Position numbers and translations under genes: made by a program
Assembly: GCA_963788655.1 (NCBI GenBank)
Contig: CAWBHS010000102.1
Coordinates: 32,001-96,000 of the forward strand
Source of the DNA: an uncultured Verrucomicrobiae bacterium
GTDB taxonomy: Bacteria; Verrucomicrobiota; Verrucomicrobiia; Limisphaerales; JAFGQR01
Length of the DNA: 64,000 bases
Direction: 5' to 3'
In this document: piece by piece, positions 18,861 through 28,312 of the stretch
How positions within the stretch are numbered: position 1 is the first letter of the stretch
Layout of the letters: each line of letters opens with the position of its first letter
Notes under the pieces: model-generated
What the model saw: the letters and a program-made list of their open reading frames with translations, nothing else
Told to the model about the DNA's origin: nothing
Database searches by the model: none

Positions 18861-21800
18861 ATGTACCTGAAGAATTTAACGGTCTTAGGATTTAAGTCCT
18901 TCGCGGACAAGACTTCGCTTAATTTTCAGCCGGGCGTGACGGCGATTGTGGGGCCCAATGGCTGCGGCAAGTCCAACGTGTCGGATGCCATCCGATGGGT
19001 TTTGGGCGAGCAGTCCGCCAAAGCGATGCGTGGTGGGGAGATGGCCGACGTCATATTCAATGGCACCGATGGCCGCAAACCGCTGGGAATGAGCGAGGTG
19101 TCGTTGACAATTGGCGGGGTCGATTCGGAGCATCTGATGGCTGCCGGTGTCGAGGTGGCTTACAACGAAGTAACGGTGACGCGCCGGATTTTCCGCGACG
19201 GCAGCAGCGAGTATTTCATGAACAAAACGCCCTGCCGCTTGAAGGACATCCAACAATTGTTCATGGGCACAGGCGTGGGCCGGACTAGTTACAGCATCAT
19301 GGCCCAGGGCAATATTACCCAATTATTGTCCAGCAAACCGGAAGACCGTCGTTTGGTGTTCGAGGAAGCGGCCGGGATCACCAAGTTTAAGGCCCAAAAA
19401 CGGGAAGCTTTGCGCAAGCTCGAGGCCACCGACCAGAATCTATTGCGCGTGCAGGATCTGATCAAGGAAGTCAAACGCCAGATTATCTCGTTGCAACGCC
19501 AGGCCGGCAAGGCTCGTCGCTATAAGCAATTCATGCTCGAATTGCAGCATCTGGACACCCAACTTGCCCGGCACGAATTCGATGTGCTGCAATCCGAGAT
19601 TCATCAGCGGAACGAAGCGTTGCAACAACATCGGGATGAAATCGAGCAATCTGCCGAACTCGTGATGCGCAGCGAGAACGAGATCGGCCAATTGCGTTCC
19701 CGGTTGTCGGAACTGGAACATGAAATCAGCCAGTACCAGCAACGCGGCGTGGAGTTGAAAGCGGAAATCGAGCGCCACGAGAGCCGCATTCAATTCAACG
19801 AGGAACGCATCCGCGAAACCGAGGCGCAGCACGGCAGTGCGCTCAACGAAATTGCCCAGGCCGAAGAACGATGCCGCACCGCGCAGCAGGAACTCGCCAG
19901 TGTGACCGAGCGATTGGCGGCGGCTCAGGTCGCCCTGGAAGAGCAGCGGCAAACCCTCAACGCGAAACGTGAAGCGGTCCAGCAGGTGGAAAACGAGCTG
20001 CGCGACAAGCAGGAGGCTTTGCGCCAGGCCCAGGCCGCCGCGTTTGCGACTGCCCAGCAACTCAGCCGCGCGCGCAATGAAATCAACGCGCTGGACCTCC
20101 AGAAGCAAGGCAACGTGGTGCGGCTCGAAAAGCTGTCCGCCGAAAAAATTCAGTTGGAGGAAGAACGCGCCCGGCTCGAAGAGCGGTTGCAGGAGTTTGC
20201 ATCCAACGCCGAGGTGCAGAAACTCAGTGTGCAAACCCAACGCGGCACGCTTGAGGAACGCCAACAACGGTTGCGCGAAATCCAGCAGCACATCAACCAG
20301 GTGGGCCAGGAGTTGGATATCGTCCTGCACCAGCAATCCGAGAAACGTTCCCGTCTCAATGTGCTGGAACAATTGCAGTCCGAGCACGAGGGCTTCAGCG
20401 CCGGCACGCTGGCGGCGCTCAAACAGACGGAGGCGGTGCTGGGTTCGCTGGCGGATCGCATTCAGGTGCCGGACGAATACATCAAGGCAATCGAAGCCGC
20501 GCTGGGCCATCATTTGCAGGTGGTCATCACGCAGGAGCCGGAAGCGGCGCAGCAAATTCTGGCCGGCCTGAACGCCGGCAAGCAGGGCCGCGCCAGCATT
20601 ACTTCATTGGCGCTGTTCAATGGCGAAGTGTCCGGAGCGTTGCCGATCACCGAAGTGGATTCGCCCGAAGCAATACCCATGACCGCGTCCACCGAGGAAA
20701 CAAGCTCCGCCGATGCCGACGCCATGGCGGCTGTCGAAACGGCCGTTGATGAAACGGCGCCGCAAATACCAATGGTGCGCGCGGCCTCAGTGGTCAAAGC
20801 GGATCACACGGTGCGCCCGTTGATTTCGCGTCTGCTGGGCATGACCCGCATTGTGCCCGACCTTGCCGTGGCCACCGAGGCTTGGCGTGAGACTCATGGC
20901 GCGTTCCATTACGTCACGTTTTCCGGCGAACTGCTAAGCCGCCACGGCATCTATACGGGTGGTTCCTCCAACGGCGTGGCCCAGGCGCCAACATCCATTC
21001 TGGGACGGAAGAACCAGATTGCCGAATTGCAGGCGCAGCTCCAGCAGTTGCAGGAAGCGATTGCCGAAACCAGCCGCCGCAAAGGTGCGCTTCAAAGCGA
21101 GTACACGGAATTGCAAGCCAGTTTGCACGAAGCACAGACCGAGTTGCGCGCCCAGGAAGTCGCCATTGCCACCCACGAAGGCGAGTTCCATGCGCTCCAG
21201 AATTCGCAGCGCGTCTTGCACCAGAAGATTGATACGGTGGTCTATGAAATTCAGAGCCTGGCCGCGCAGGAAGAGGCAGGCGGACAAAAGCGCGCCGGCT
21301 TGGCCGCGCAATTGTTGGAACTCGAAAACGCGGAACAGACGGGGCAACAGACCGTGGCCGAATTAACCGCTGACGTGGAAAACCTGCGGCAGCAGCGCGA
21401 GACGCTGAACGCGGATCTCACTGAAACCAAAGTTGCAGTAGCCACGCAGGAACAACTCTGCGCCGCCCTTGAACAACAACAAACCCCGCTGCAAAACCGC
21501 ATCCAGGAACTCACCCAATTAGCCGAACAACGTCGGAATGAGATCGGTACGTTCGCCACGCGCAAGACCCAGTGCGAACAGGAGATTGGTGAGTCCCGTC
21601 GCCGCATGGTTGATCTCGAGCACGAGCGCGAACAGACCAGCCTCCAGACCGCCGAATTGATCACGCAAAAGGACAGCCTGGAAGCCGACATCGCAGGCCG
21701 CGAAGAGGGCCTGCGCGAATTGCGGCGGCGCGTGGACGAATTACAGCAAGTCCGCAGCGCGGTGGAAGTGGAACTGGCGCAAAAGAACATGGCGGTGCAG

Positions 21801-22724
21801 AACCTGCGCGAGCGCATCCAGCAAAAATACCAGGTCAACCTGGATGAGGTCCGCAGCGAGTGCATTACCATCACCTACGCTGAGGGCGGGCCGCCGAAGG
21901 TGGAAACGCTCACACCCGAGGAGATGTCCACCGCCGGCGTGTCCACCGACTGGAACGCCGTAGCCGAGCAGGTCGCGGGGTTGCAGCGGCGCATCGATGA
22001 AATGGGACCGGTTAATTTGGTGGCCATCGAGGAATACGAAGAAACCGAGCAGCGATATCAATTTCTGACCCGGCAGAACGACGACTTGGTGCAGGCCAAG
22101 GCGCATTTGCACGAAGTCATCAACCGCATCAATACGCAAACGCGCGAAATGTTTACGGAGACGTTTAACCGGATTCGGGACAATTTCCGGAACATGTTCA
22201 CCGAGATCTTCGGCGGCGGGAAGGCCGACCTGATGTTGACAAATGAGGGCGACGTGTTGGAAAGCGGTATCGACATCATGGCCCGTCCGCCCGGCAAACA
22301 GCTTCAAAGCATCACGCTGCTCTCCGGCGGGGAGCAGACCATGACCGCCGTGGCGTTGCTCTTCTCGATCTACCAGGTCAAACCCAGTCCGTTCTGCGTG
22401 CTGGACGAATTGGATGCGCCACTCGACGAATCGAACATCAACCGGTTCATCCGCATTCTCCAGCGGTTTCTCGAACAATCGCAGTTCATCATCATCACCC
22501 ACAACAAGCGCACCATCGGCATGGCCGACGTGCTCTACGGCGTCACGATGCAGGAACAGGGCGTCAGCCGGATTGTCAGTGTTAAATTCCACAAAGCCGA
22601 AGATCAGGTGACCGATCACAAGCCCGAATCCATCGAGACTCCCATTGAGGGCAAGCGGGTCGAAGACGAAGAAGACACGCTCCATTCGAAAGAAGAGACT
22701 CTGGAAATGGTGATGGCCAAGTAA
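18861..22724 (+). CDS. smc: Chromosome segregation protein SMC
   Basis: 'GFKSFAD', Walker A 'GPNGCGKSN', long coiled coils, 'GPVN', 'LSGGEQ', 'LDELDAPLDE', 'ITHNK'. Confidence 0.98.
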   Translation: MYLKNLTVLGFKSFADKTSLNFQPGVTAIVGPNGCGKSNVSDAIRWVLGEQSAKAMRGGEMADVIFNGTDGRKPLGMSEVSLTIGGVDSEHLMAAGVEVAYNEVTVTRRIFRDGSSEYFMNKTPCRLKDIQQLFMGTGVGRTSYSIMAQGNITQLLSSKPEDRRLVFEEAAGITKFKAQKREALRKLEATDQNLLRVQDLIKEVKRQIISLQRQAGKARRYKQFMLELQHLDTQLARHEFDVLQSEIHQRNEALQQHRDEIEQSAELVMRSENEIGQLRSRLSELEHEISQYQQRGVELKAEIERHESRIQFNEERIRETEAQHGSALNEIAQAEERCRTAQQELASVTERLAAAQVALEEQRQTLNAKREAVQQVENELRDKQEALRQAQAAAFATAQQLSRARNEINALDLQKQGNVVRLEKLSAEKIQLEEERARLEERLQEFASNAEVQKLSVQTQRGTLEERQQRLREIQQHINQVGQELDIVLHQQSEKRSRLNVLEQLQSEHEGFSAGTLAALKQTEAVLGSLADRIQVPDEYIKAIEAALGHHLQVVITQEPEAAQQILAGLNAGKQGRASITSLALFNGEVSGALPITEVDSPEAIPMTASTEETSSADADAMAAVETAVDETAPQIPMVRAASVVKADHTVRPLISRLLGMTRIVPDLAVATEAWRETHGAFHYVTFSGELLSRHGIYTGGSSNGVAQAPTSILGRKNQIAELQAQLQQLQEAIAETSRRKGALQSEYTELQASLHEAQTELRAQEVAIATHEGEFHALQNSQRVLHQKIDTVVYEIQSLAAQEEAGGQKRAGLAAQLLELENAEQTGQQTVAELTADVENLRQQRETLNADLTETKVAVATQEQLCAALEQQQTPLQNRIQELTQLAEQRRNEIGTFATRKTQCEQEIGESRRRMVDLEHEREQTSLQTAELITQKDSLEADIAGREEGLRELRRRVDELQQVRSAVEVELAQKNMAVQNLRERIQQKYQVNLDEVRSECITITYAEGGPPKVETLTPEEMSTAGVSTDWNAVAEQVAGLQRRIDEMGPVNLVAIEEYEETEQRYQFLTRQNDDLVQAKAHLHEVINRINTQTREMFTETFNRIRDNFRNMFTEIFGGGKADLMLTNEGDVLESGIDIMARPPGKQLQSITLLSGGEQTMTAVALLFSIYQVKPSPFCVLDELDAPLDESNINRFIRILQRFLEQSQFIIITHNKRTIGMADVLYGVTMQEQGVSRIVSVKFHKAEDQVTDHKPESIETPIEGKRVEDEEDTLHSKEETLEMVMAK

Positions 22725-22819
22725 CGTGCTGCCGCCGTCTCGCCGGCAGAAAAAAACACGGAGTCCACGTTCGAAGCGGTACCGTGACGGCCACCGCCCA
22801 GAATGGTTACGGACGCAGT

Positions 22820-23695
22820 TCAAGGCGCACGCGAACCAGCCAGTGGACTGGGTGAAGCGGGACTATTCCACCGTTCGCCGGCTTGCAGGATTTGATACGA
22901 CTGCTTCAATCGCTCACAGGTTTGGCGGAATTCGTCGGGCGTGGCGGTGTTGAATTCAAACAGGTCGTAATGGCACGGGATCACGCAGCGGGCGCCAACG
23001 TCATGAGCCAGTTGCGCCGCTTCCCGCCCCCAGAGATTTCCGGCCACCCGCCGTTCGAAAGCGCGGCCGTTGATGGGCAGCAGCGCCAAGTCAATCGAGA
23101 ATTGGCGCAAGTGTTTCACCAAGCCGTCATACCAAACCGTATCGCCGCTGTGATAAACGGTCCAAGGACCAAAGCGCACCACGTACCCCAGAAACTTGCA
23201 GCGCCCTTTCTCGTCGCGCTCGACGGCTTCGTGGGCTGCCGGCACGCCCGTAATGTGAAACGGCCCGAGCGCAATAGTGGTGCCCGCATCTACCCCGACC
23301 GGCCAATTCACCGGACAATCCAATCGCTCCGCCACGAACAACCGGTTCGCCTCGGGAATGACGAATCGCAAGCGCGGATTGATCGCCCGCATCGGTTGGA
23401 GCGTTTCCGCGTCGAGGTGATCGGTGTGATTGTGGCTCGAGGTGACCACGTTCACGAACGCCAATTGCTCCGGGGCAATGACGCGTTCGGTCATGCGAAC
23501 GTGGGGCTTATCGGTGTCCGCGTACTTGCGCGTCAAGGAATCCGACAGATACGGATCGAGCAACAGGTAGTGGGTGTGCCAATGGACAAGGAAGCCGCTT
23601 TGCCCCAGCCACCAGACGTGAAACCGTCGCCGGTCCACCCGAGCGGCGGCAATGTCTTGCAGTAAAGCACCGTTGGCTTGGAGGGGCTGGATCAT
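22820..23695 (-). CDS. Metallo-beta-lactamase fold hydrolase (UlaG-like lactonase)
   Basis: 'WLGQSGF', 'DPYLS', 'SHNHTDHLD', 'YHSGDT', 'IPCHY'. Confidence 0.88.
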   Translation of the reverse strand: MIQPLQANGALLQDIAAARVDRRRFHVWWLGQSGFLVHWHTHYLLLDPYLSDSLTRKYADTDKPHVRMTERVIAPEQLAFVNVVTSSHNHTDHLDAETLQPMRAINPRLRFVIPEANRLFVAERLDCPVNWPVGVDAGTTIALGPFHITGVPAAHEAVERDEKGRCKFLGYVVRFGPWTVYHSGDTVWYDGLVKHLRQFSIDLALLPINGRAFERRVAGNLWGREAAQLAHDVGARCVIPCHYDLFEFNTATPDEFRQTCERLKQSYQILQAGERWNSPASPSPLAGSRAP

Positions 23696-23775
23696 GTGAG
23701 TGAGCAGGTACATTTTACGGACAACTATCTTCTGGTGTGTTATTAGCGCGATTCGCCTGTGCTCGCCCTTTGAAC

Positions 23776-23918
23776 GGGGGGCGCGCCCGCCCCGGGCGCT
23801 GTCCATGGCGCCTCGCCATGGACTCACACACGAACGCCAACCACTCGTTCGAGTGCGCCGTTCCATTCGTGTTCGGCGCGAGGCGCACCGAACAACAGGC
23901 GAGGCGCCTGTGCTCCCC
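23776..23918. repeat. Palindromic element, family D, copy 2
   Basis: GGGGGGCGCGCCCGCCCCGGGCG ... ACAGGCGAGGCGCCTGTGCTCCCC. Confidence 0.7.
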
Positions 23919-23935
23919 GCGCAAGTGGGTCACGG

Positions 23936-24985
23936 TCATAATTCGTTCCGCACTTGTTGCACACCGGCCACCAGATGGCGCAGTTTGGCCTTCGCCGCCC
24001 AGCGGGCGGTCTGGCTGAGCCCGCAATCGGGCGCCAAAACCAGCCGCTCGGCGGGGGCGTGTTGCAAACAGGCGCGCACGCGGCGGGCCACTTCGTCCAC
24101 CGATTCGATATAGTAGCTCTTTACATCGATGATGCCGACCGCCACGTCCTTCTGTTGTGCGATGGTGCCGATAAGTTCCAGTTCGGCGAATTCGCGGCTG
24201 GCCATTTCAACGTGGATTTCGTCCACCTGCATATCCAGGAACGCCGGGAACATCGGCGCATACCGGCGCAAACCGACGGCGTGTCCTTTGTAATTGCCGA
24301 AGCACAAATGCGTGCTGAGCCGGCAGCGGCCCACCAGCGGCGCCACGGTGCGATTGAAAATATCAACGAACCGGTGCGGATCTTCGCGGTGGGCGTAACA
24401 GCTCATGGACGGTTCGTCCACGGTGATCTCGCGACAACCAGCGGCCACCAAACCCTCCAGTTCGCGTTGGACAAGCGGCAACAACGCCTCCGTCAACGCC
24501 CAACGATCCGGGTAGGTGGCATTGGGAACCAGCCGGCCACTGAGCGTGTACGGGCCGGGAACACTGGCCTTGAGGGTGGGCGTCGAATCACTCGCTAAGC
24601 CCTGAGCATTGGCCAGGCGTTGCAGGCGATTGAAATCCTCAACCGTGCCCAAACCTCTCGGCGCGGCCAAGGTGCCGGTGACTTGGTGGCGTCCGCGTTG
24701 ATCATGCGCGGGCGGACCGAAGCGGCGGGGCGGCGCGGATTCGAGGGAAATACCTTCAATGAAACCGTAAAATGAAAGGTTGAAATCCAGCCGGGTCTGT
24801 TCGCCGTCGGTGATGACATCCAATCCGGCGGCCAGTTGATCCTGGACCGCCACCGTGACGGCGTCGTCGATCATTTCCTCCCGATCGGCAGCGCCGAATT
24901 GGTCGAGGTGTTGACAGGCGAATTCCAGCCACGCCGGGAACGGGTAACTGCCGATGACAGTGGTACGCAAGGGGCGTTCTTTCAT
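23936..24985 (-). CDS. Cobalamin-independent methionine synthase II family (MetE C-terminal barrel only)
   Basis: 'TTVIGSYP', 'TDGEQTR', 'GPYTL', 'VDEP', and Zn ligands in 'HLCFGN', 'HVE' and 'PDCGL'. Confidence 0.9.
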   Translation of the reverse strand: MKERPLRTTVIGSYPFPAWLEFACQHLDQFGAADREEMIDDAVTVAVQDQLAAGLDVITDGEQTRLDFNLSFYGFIEGISLESAPPRRFGPPAHDQRGRHQVTGTLAAPRGLGTVEDFNRLQRLANAQGLASDSTPTLKASVPGPYTLSGRLVPNATYPDRWALTEALLPLVQRELEGLVAAGCREITVDEPSMSCYAHREDPHRFVDIFNRTVAPLVGRCRLSTHLCFGNYKGHAVGLRRYAPMFPAFLDMQVDEIHVEMASREFAELELIGTIAQQKDVAVGIIDVKSYYIESVDEVARRVRACLQHAPAERLVLAPDCGLSQTARWAAKAKLRHLVAGVQQVRNEL

Positions 24986-25779
24986 GAGCTGACCAATCCG
25001 AGGTTTTGATACAATCGCGCCAGCCGCCGCGCGTGTTCATCGTAGGCCGATTCAAATAGCTGGGTCGCTTTGGCCGCGCCCACCACGGCGCTGGCGGTCA
25101 AGACGAGGGGCGGTTTGCCGGCCCGCACCAATCGTTCGGCGACTTCGGCTTTGAGGGCGTTGATGAGCAGACAACCGCCCACCGTCGAGCCAGGCGAAAC
25201 CTTCGTCTCCAAGCCATCGATCTTCACCATGGCATCGCCCACCGGCGCCCCGGTATCCAAGACCAAGTCCGCAAAGTCGGCCAACTTCTTGCCGTCCCGA
25301 TGCTGGCTGCGGCTGGCGTCCGCGTGCGCCCGGCTCACGATGGCCACGACTTTGATTCCGCGTTGCCGGAAGCACTCAGCCATCTCGATGGGCACCACGT
25401 TGCAACCGCTGGACGAAACCACCAATGCCGAGTCGCGGTCGGACAAATCGAAGTTGCGCAGGATGCGCTCCGCCAAGCCACTGACGTTTTCGAGGAACAT
25501 GGCCTGGCGCTGGCCGTTGGGCCCGACGACCAGGTTGTGGAAGCTGAGCGACAATTCGACAATCGGATTGAAACCGGGAAAGGAGCCGTAGCGTGGCCAC
25601 ATTTCTTCGACCAGAATCCGGCTGTGTCCGGAGCCAAACAAATGCACCATCCGCCCGGCCAAAATGGTTTCACTGAACCAATCCGCCGCGGTTTGAATGG
25701 CCGGCAGTTGCTGCTCCACCTGCGCGAACAGACCGCGGCAGGCATTGAGATATTCTTCGCTGGGACGCATCGAGTTCAT
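24982..25779 (-). CDS. SIS-domain (sugar isomerase) protein
   Basis: 'HLFGSGHS', 'VSSSGCNVVPIEMA', 'DTGAPVGDA', 'SPGST'. Confidence 0.88.
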   Translation of the reverse strand: MNSMRPSEEYLNACRGLFAQVEQQLPAIQTAADWFSETILAGRMVHLFGSGHSRILVEEMWPRYGSFPGFNPIVELSLSFHNLVVGPNGQRQAMFLENVSGLAERILRNFDLSDRDSALVVSSSGCNVVPIEMAECFRQRGIKVVAIVSRAHADASRSQHRDGKKLADFADLVLDTGAPVGDAMVKIDGLETKVSPGSTVGGCLLINALKAEVAERLVRAGKPPLVLTASAVVGAAKATQLFESAYDEHARRLARLYQNLGLVSS

Positions 25780-25786
25780 AAATGCC

Positions 25787-26593
25787 TCATTCTTTTCCTT
25801 CGCTGACGGACCACCCGGCGTCCACCGTCAGCGTGTCGCCGGTGATCATGGCGGCGTCATCACTCATCAGGAAGACGGCCGCGCGCGCGATGGCCTCCGG
25901 TTCGATCAATCCTTCGGCCAGCGGTTGTTTGGTTTTCATGAGATGGAGGATCGTTTCATCCTGTTGAGCCCGCTGGCTCATCGGCGTGCGCACCAGCGCC
26001 GGCGCGAGGGCGTTGACACGGATCTTCAGCGGTGCGTAATAGGCGGCCATGCTCCGGGTCAAGCCGAGGATGGCGGCCTTGCTGGTGGCGTAGGCATGGG
26101 TGGCAAAATGTCGGGCCGACGGCGCAAATCCCAACACGCTGGACATGTTCACGATGGCGCCGCGTAATCCCTGCGCATCCGGAGCTTGCGCGAGCATCTG
26201 CTTGAGCGCGGCTCGGCACATATAAAACGTGCTTTGGAGATTGGTGTCCATAGTTCGGAGCCAGCCTTCGTCGGAACACTCGTGGACCGGACCATCTCCG
26301 AACTTGCGACCGCTGATGCCCACGACGTTGAACAACGCATCCAGGCGCTCGAATCGTTTGAGGCATTCGGCTACCGCGGCATCGACGGCGTTGGATTGAG
26401 TCAAATCGGCAGGTGCAAACTCGCAGTCGCCGCCCATCGTCAAAATCCTCTTCCGCAAGTCCTGTCCCGCTTCAGCCGTCAAGCCAGTGACAAACACTCG
26501 CGCCCCTTCGCTCACCGCCAACTCCGCCGTGGCCGCGGCGATGCCCGTGGTGCCGGTGATCAGGATCGTTTTGTTCTGGAGCTTGCCGGGCAT
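25787..26593 (-). CDS. SDR family oxidoreductase
   Basis: 'ITGTTGIA', 'NMSSV', YATSK, 'IRVNALAP', 'VDAGW'. Confidence 0.92.
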   Translation of the reverse strand: MPGKLQNKTILITGTTGIAAATAELAVSEGARVFVTGLTAEAGQDLRKRILTMGGDCEFAPADLTQSNAVDAAVAECLKRFERLDALFNVVGISGRKFGDGPVHECSDEGWLRTMDTNLQSTFYMCRAALKQMLAQAPDAQGLRGAIVNMSSVLGFAPSARHFATHAYATSKAAILGLTRSMAAYYAPLKIRVNALAPALVRTPMSQRAQQDETILHLMKTKQPLAEGLIEPEAIARAAVFLMSDDAAMITGDTLTVDAGWSVSEGKE

Positions 26594-26595
26594 GG

Positions 26596-27639
26596 TCAGC
26601 TTGTTTTCACCCGCACCCATTTACGCGAGCGCATGGAGCGATAACCGGCGTCCAAAATGCAATTAACCATGTAACCGTCGTCGTACGTCTCGCGTGGGAT
26701 GTGCCGCTCCCGTACGCACTCGACAAAATGTTTCATCTCCGCCTGGTACCCATAAGCGAAGGCCTCCTCCGGTAGCGGCCGGGTCCAGCCAAAATCCAGG
26801 TCAGCCTTTTCTACCACATAGCCCGCCGAACGCCGCGTGAACGTGGTCATTGGCGTACCGCGCGTAACATCGGTGAAGATGGAGCCTTCGGAACCGTGGA
26901 CTTCATTGCGCAGGTCCAAACCGCCCTTGGTGGTCCAGGAGAGTTCGCAATGCGCAATGCCGCCCCCGGCCAATCGCATCACCAGCAATGCGTTGTCTTC
27001 GCCCTGGGTTTTCTGCTGATGCACCAGCGTGTCGCCCCAGGCCATGACTTCCACCACCGGATCATCTTTGCCAAAGAAATAGCGCGCGGCTTCGACGCAA
27101 TGGCAGCCCAGGTCGTTGAGCGCGCCACCGCCGGTATTCTCGATGTTCCAGAAATGGGCGCTGTGCGGCCCACTGTGCGATTCGCGTGAGCGCACCCAAA
27201 GCACCCGGCCCACGCCGCCGCGCTCGATCATCGCCCGCGCCTTCACGATGGCCGGCGCGAACACTTCGGTTTCGGCATAACCGTGCAGCATGCCCGAATG
27301 GTGCGCGGCGTCCCGCATCTGGCGGGCTTCGTCCGGATTGCGCGCGAGCGGTTTGGTGCAGACCTGGTGCCGCTTGGCCTGCGATAACGCCAGGCTGACC
27401 GGCAGATGGGCTTCGTTGGGGAGGGCGATGACGTATAAATCAATATCGCTGCGGGCAATCAATCCTTTCAAATCGGTGGTCGCCTCAGGAATGTTCCAAC
27501 GGCGCGCGAACGCCCGGGCACGTTTGAGCGACCGCGAGTAAGCGACCGTCACCTGCTGGCCGTTCACATTGGCCAGACCTTGGAGGTAAAACTCCGCCAC
27601 AAAACCCGAGCCCAGCATGGCGATATTGATGGTTTTCAT
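26596..27639 (-). CDS. Gfo/Idh/MocA family oxidoreductase (cytoplasmic)
   Basis: 'LGSGFVA', 'LPNEAH', 'CTKPL', 'GGGALNDLGCH'. Confidence 0.9.
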   Translation of the reverse strand: MKTINIAMLGSGFVAEFYLQGLANVNGQQVTVAYSRSLKRARAFARRWNIPEATTDLKGLIARSDIDLYVIALPNEAHLPVSLALSQAKRHQVCTKPLARNPDEARQMRDAAHHSGMLHGYAETEVFAPAIVKARAMIERGGVGRVLWVRSRESHSGPHSAHFWNIENTGGGALNDLGCHCVEAARYFFGKDDPVVEVMAWGDTLVHQQKTQGEDNALLVMRLAGGGIAHCELSWTTKGGLDLRNEVHGSEGSIFTDVTRGTPMTTFTRRSAGYVVEKADLDFGWTRPLPEEAFAYGYQAEMKHFVECVRERHIPRETYDDGYMVNCILDAGYRSMRSRKWVRVKTS

Positions 27640-27767
27640 CGTGTGCGCCCGGACGTTAGCAAACTCGGCTCGTTTGAGAAAGGCTTTTGCAAGAGGTTAG
27701 AAAAATTGTTTTTATGGGACGATTGGCAATTAGAAACCTGGAGAGGTGCGGGCGCAACTCAGGCATG

Positions 27768-28234
27768 GTAGGACAGCCGTCCCGGCTATCCCGAACTCGC
27801 AAGCAACGCACCTTGGTCAATGATCCCAGCTCGCAAATAGGAACGTCACACAAACTCCGAAACCGGCGGGACTCCTGTCCTCCGGCTTTGCCGCGTTTGC
27901 GCTTCCTCGTTGCGCTTTGAGCGTCGCGCAGTCCGTCGCGCCAGCGTTTGGAGTGCATCCGGCTTGCCGGCGCTTTCGTCGTGAAAAGAACGGTCAAATT
28001 CATAAGCGCGTGCGGCATTGGTTTGATCGGCTGTTGATCAAACGAAAGCGGGAGCAAGCTCGCCGCACTCCAAACGCTACGCGCGGTTCGAGCACCACGC
28101 TCCTACTGCAAGCTGTGTAGGACAGCCGTCCCGGCTGTCTCGAATGTTCCAAGGCGCGCCACTGGTTACGGGATCGTTCAAACTGATGCGAAAGCTCTTC
28201 GGGTGATTCGGGACCGGCGGGACGCCTGTCCTAC
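27768..28234. repeat. Composite repeat cluster: two GTAG REP doublets (family B) around a family C element
   Basis: GTAGGACAGCCGTCCCGGCT at 27768 and 28117 with inverted partners at 27862-27883 and 28212-28234. Family C element TCGCGCCAGCGTTTGGAGTGC...GCACTCCAAACGCT at 27936-28084. Confidence 0.8.
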
Positions 28235-28312
28235 CGGCATAACGTAGCACTCGGGCCATGCTCTCCCGCCGCCTTTCCTCGACATCCGAAGTCCCTTTGG
28301 TAGGTTTGCGTC

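Noticed and set aside
27768..28234. CRISPR array
   Set aside because: The repeats alternate in orientation, spacing is irregular and there are no cas genes; REP doublets fit better.
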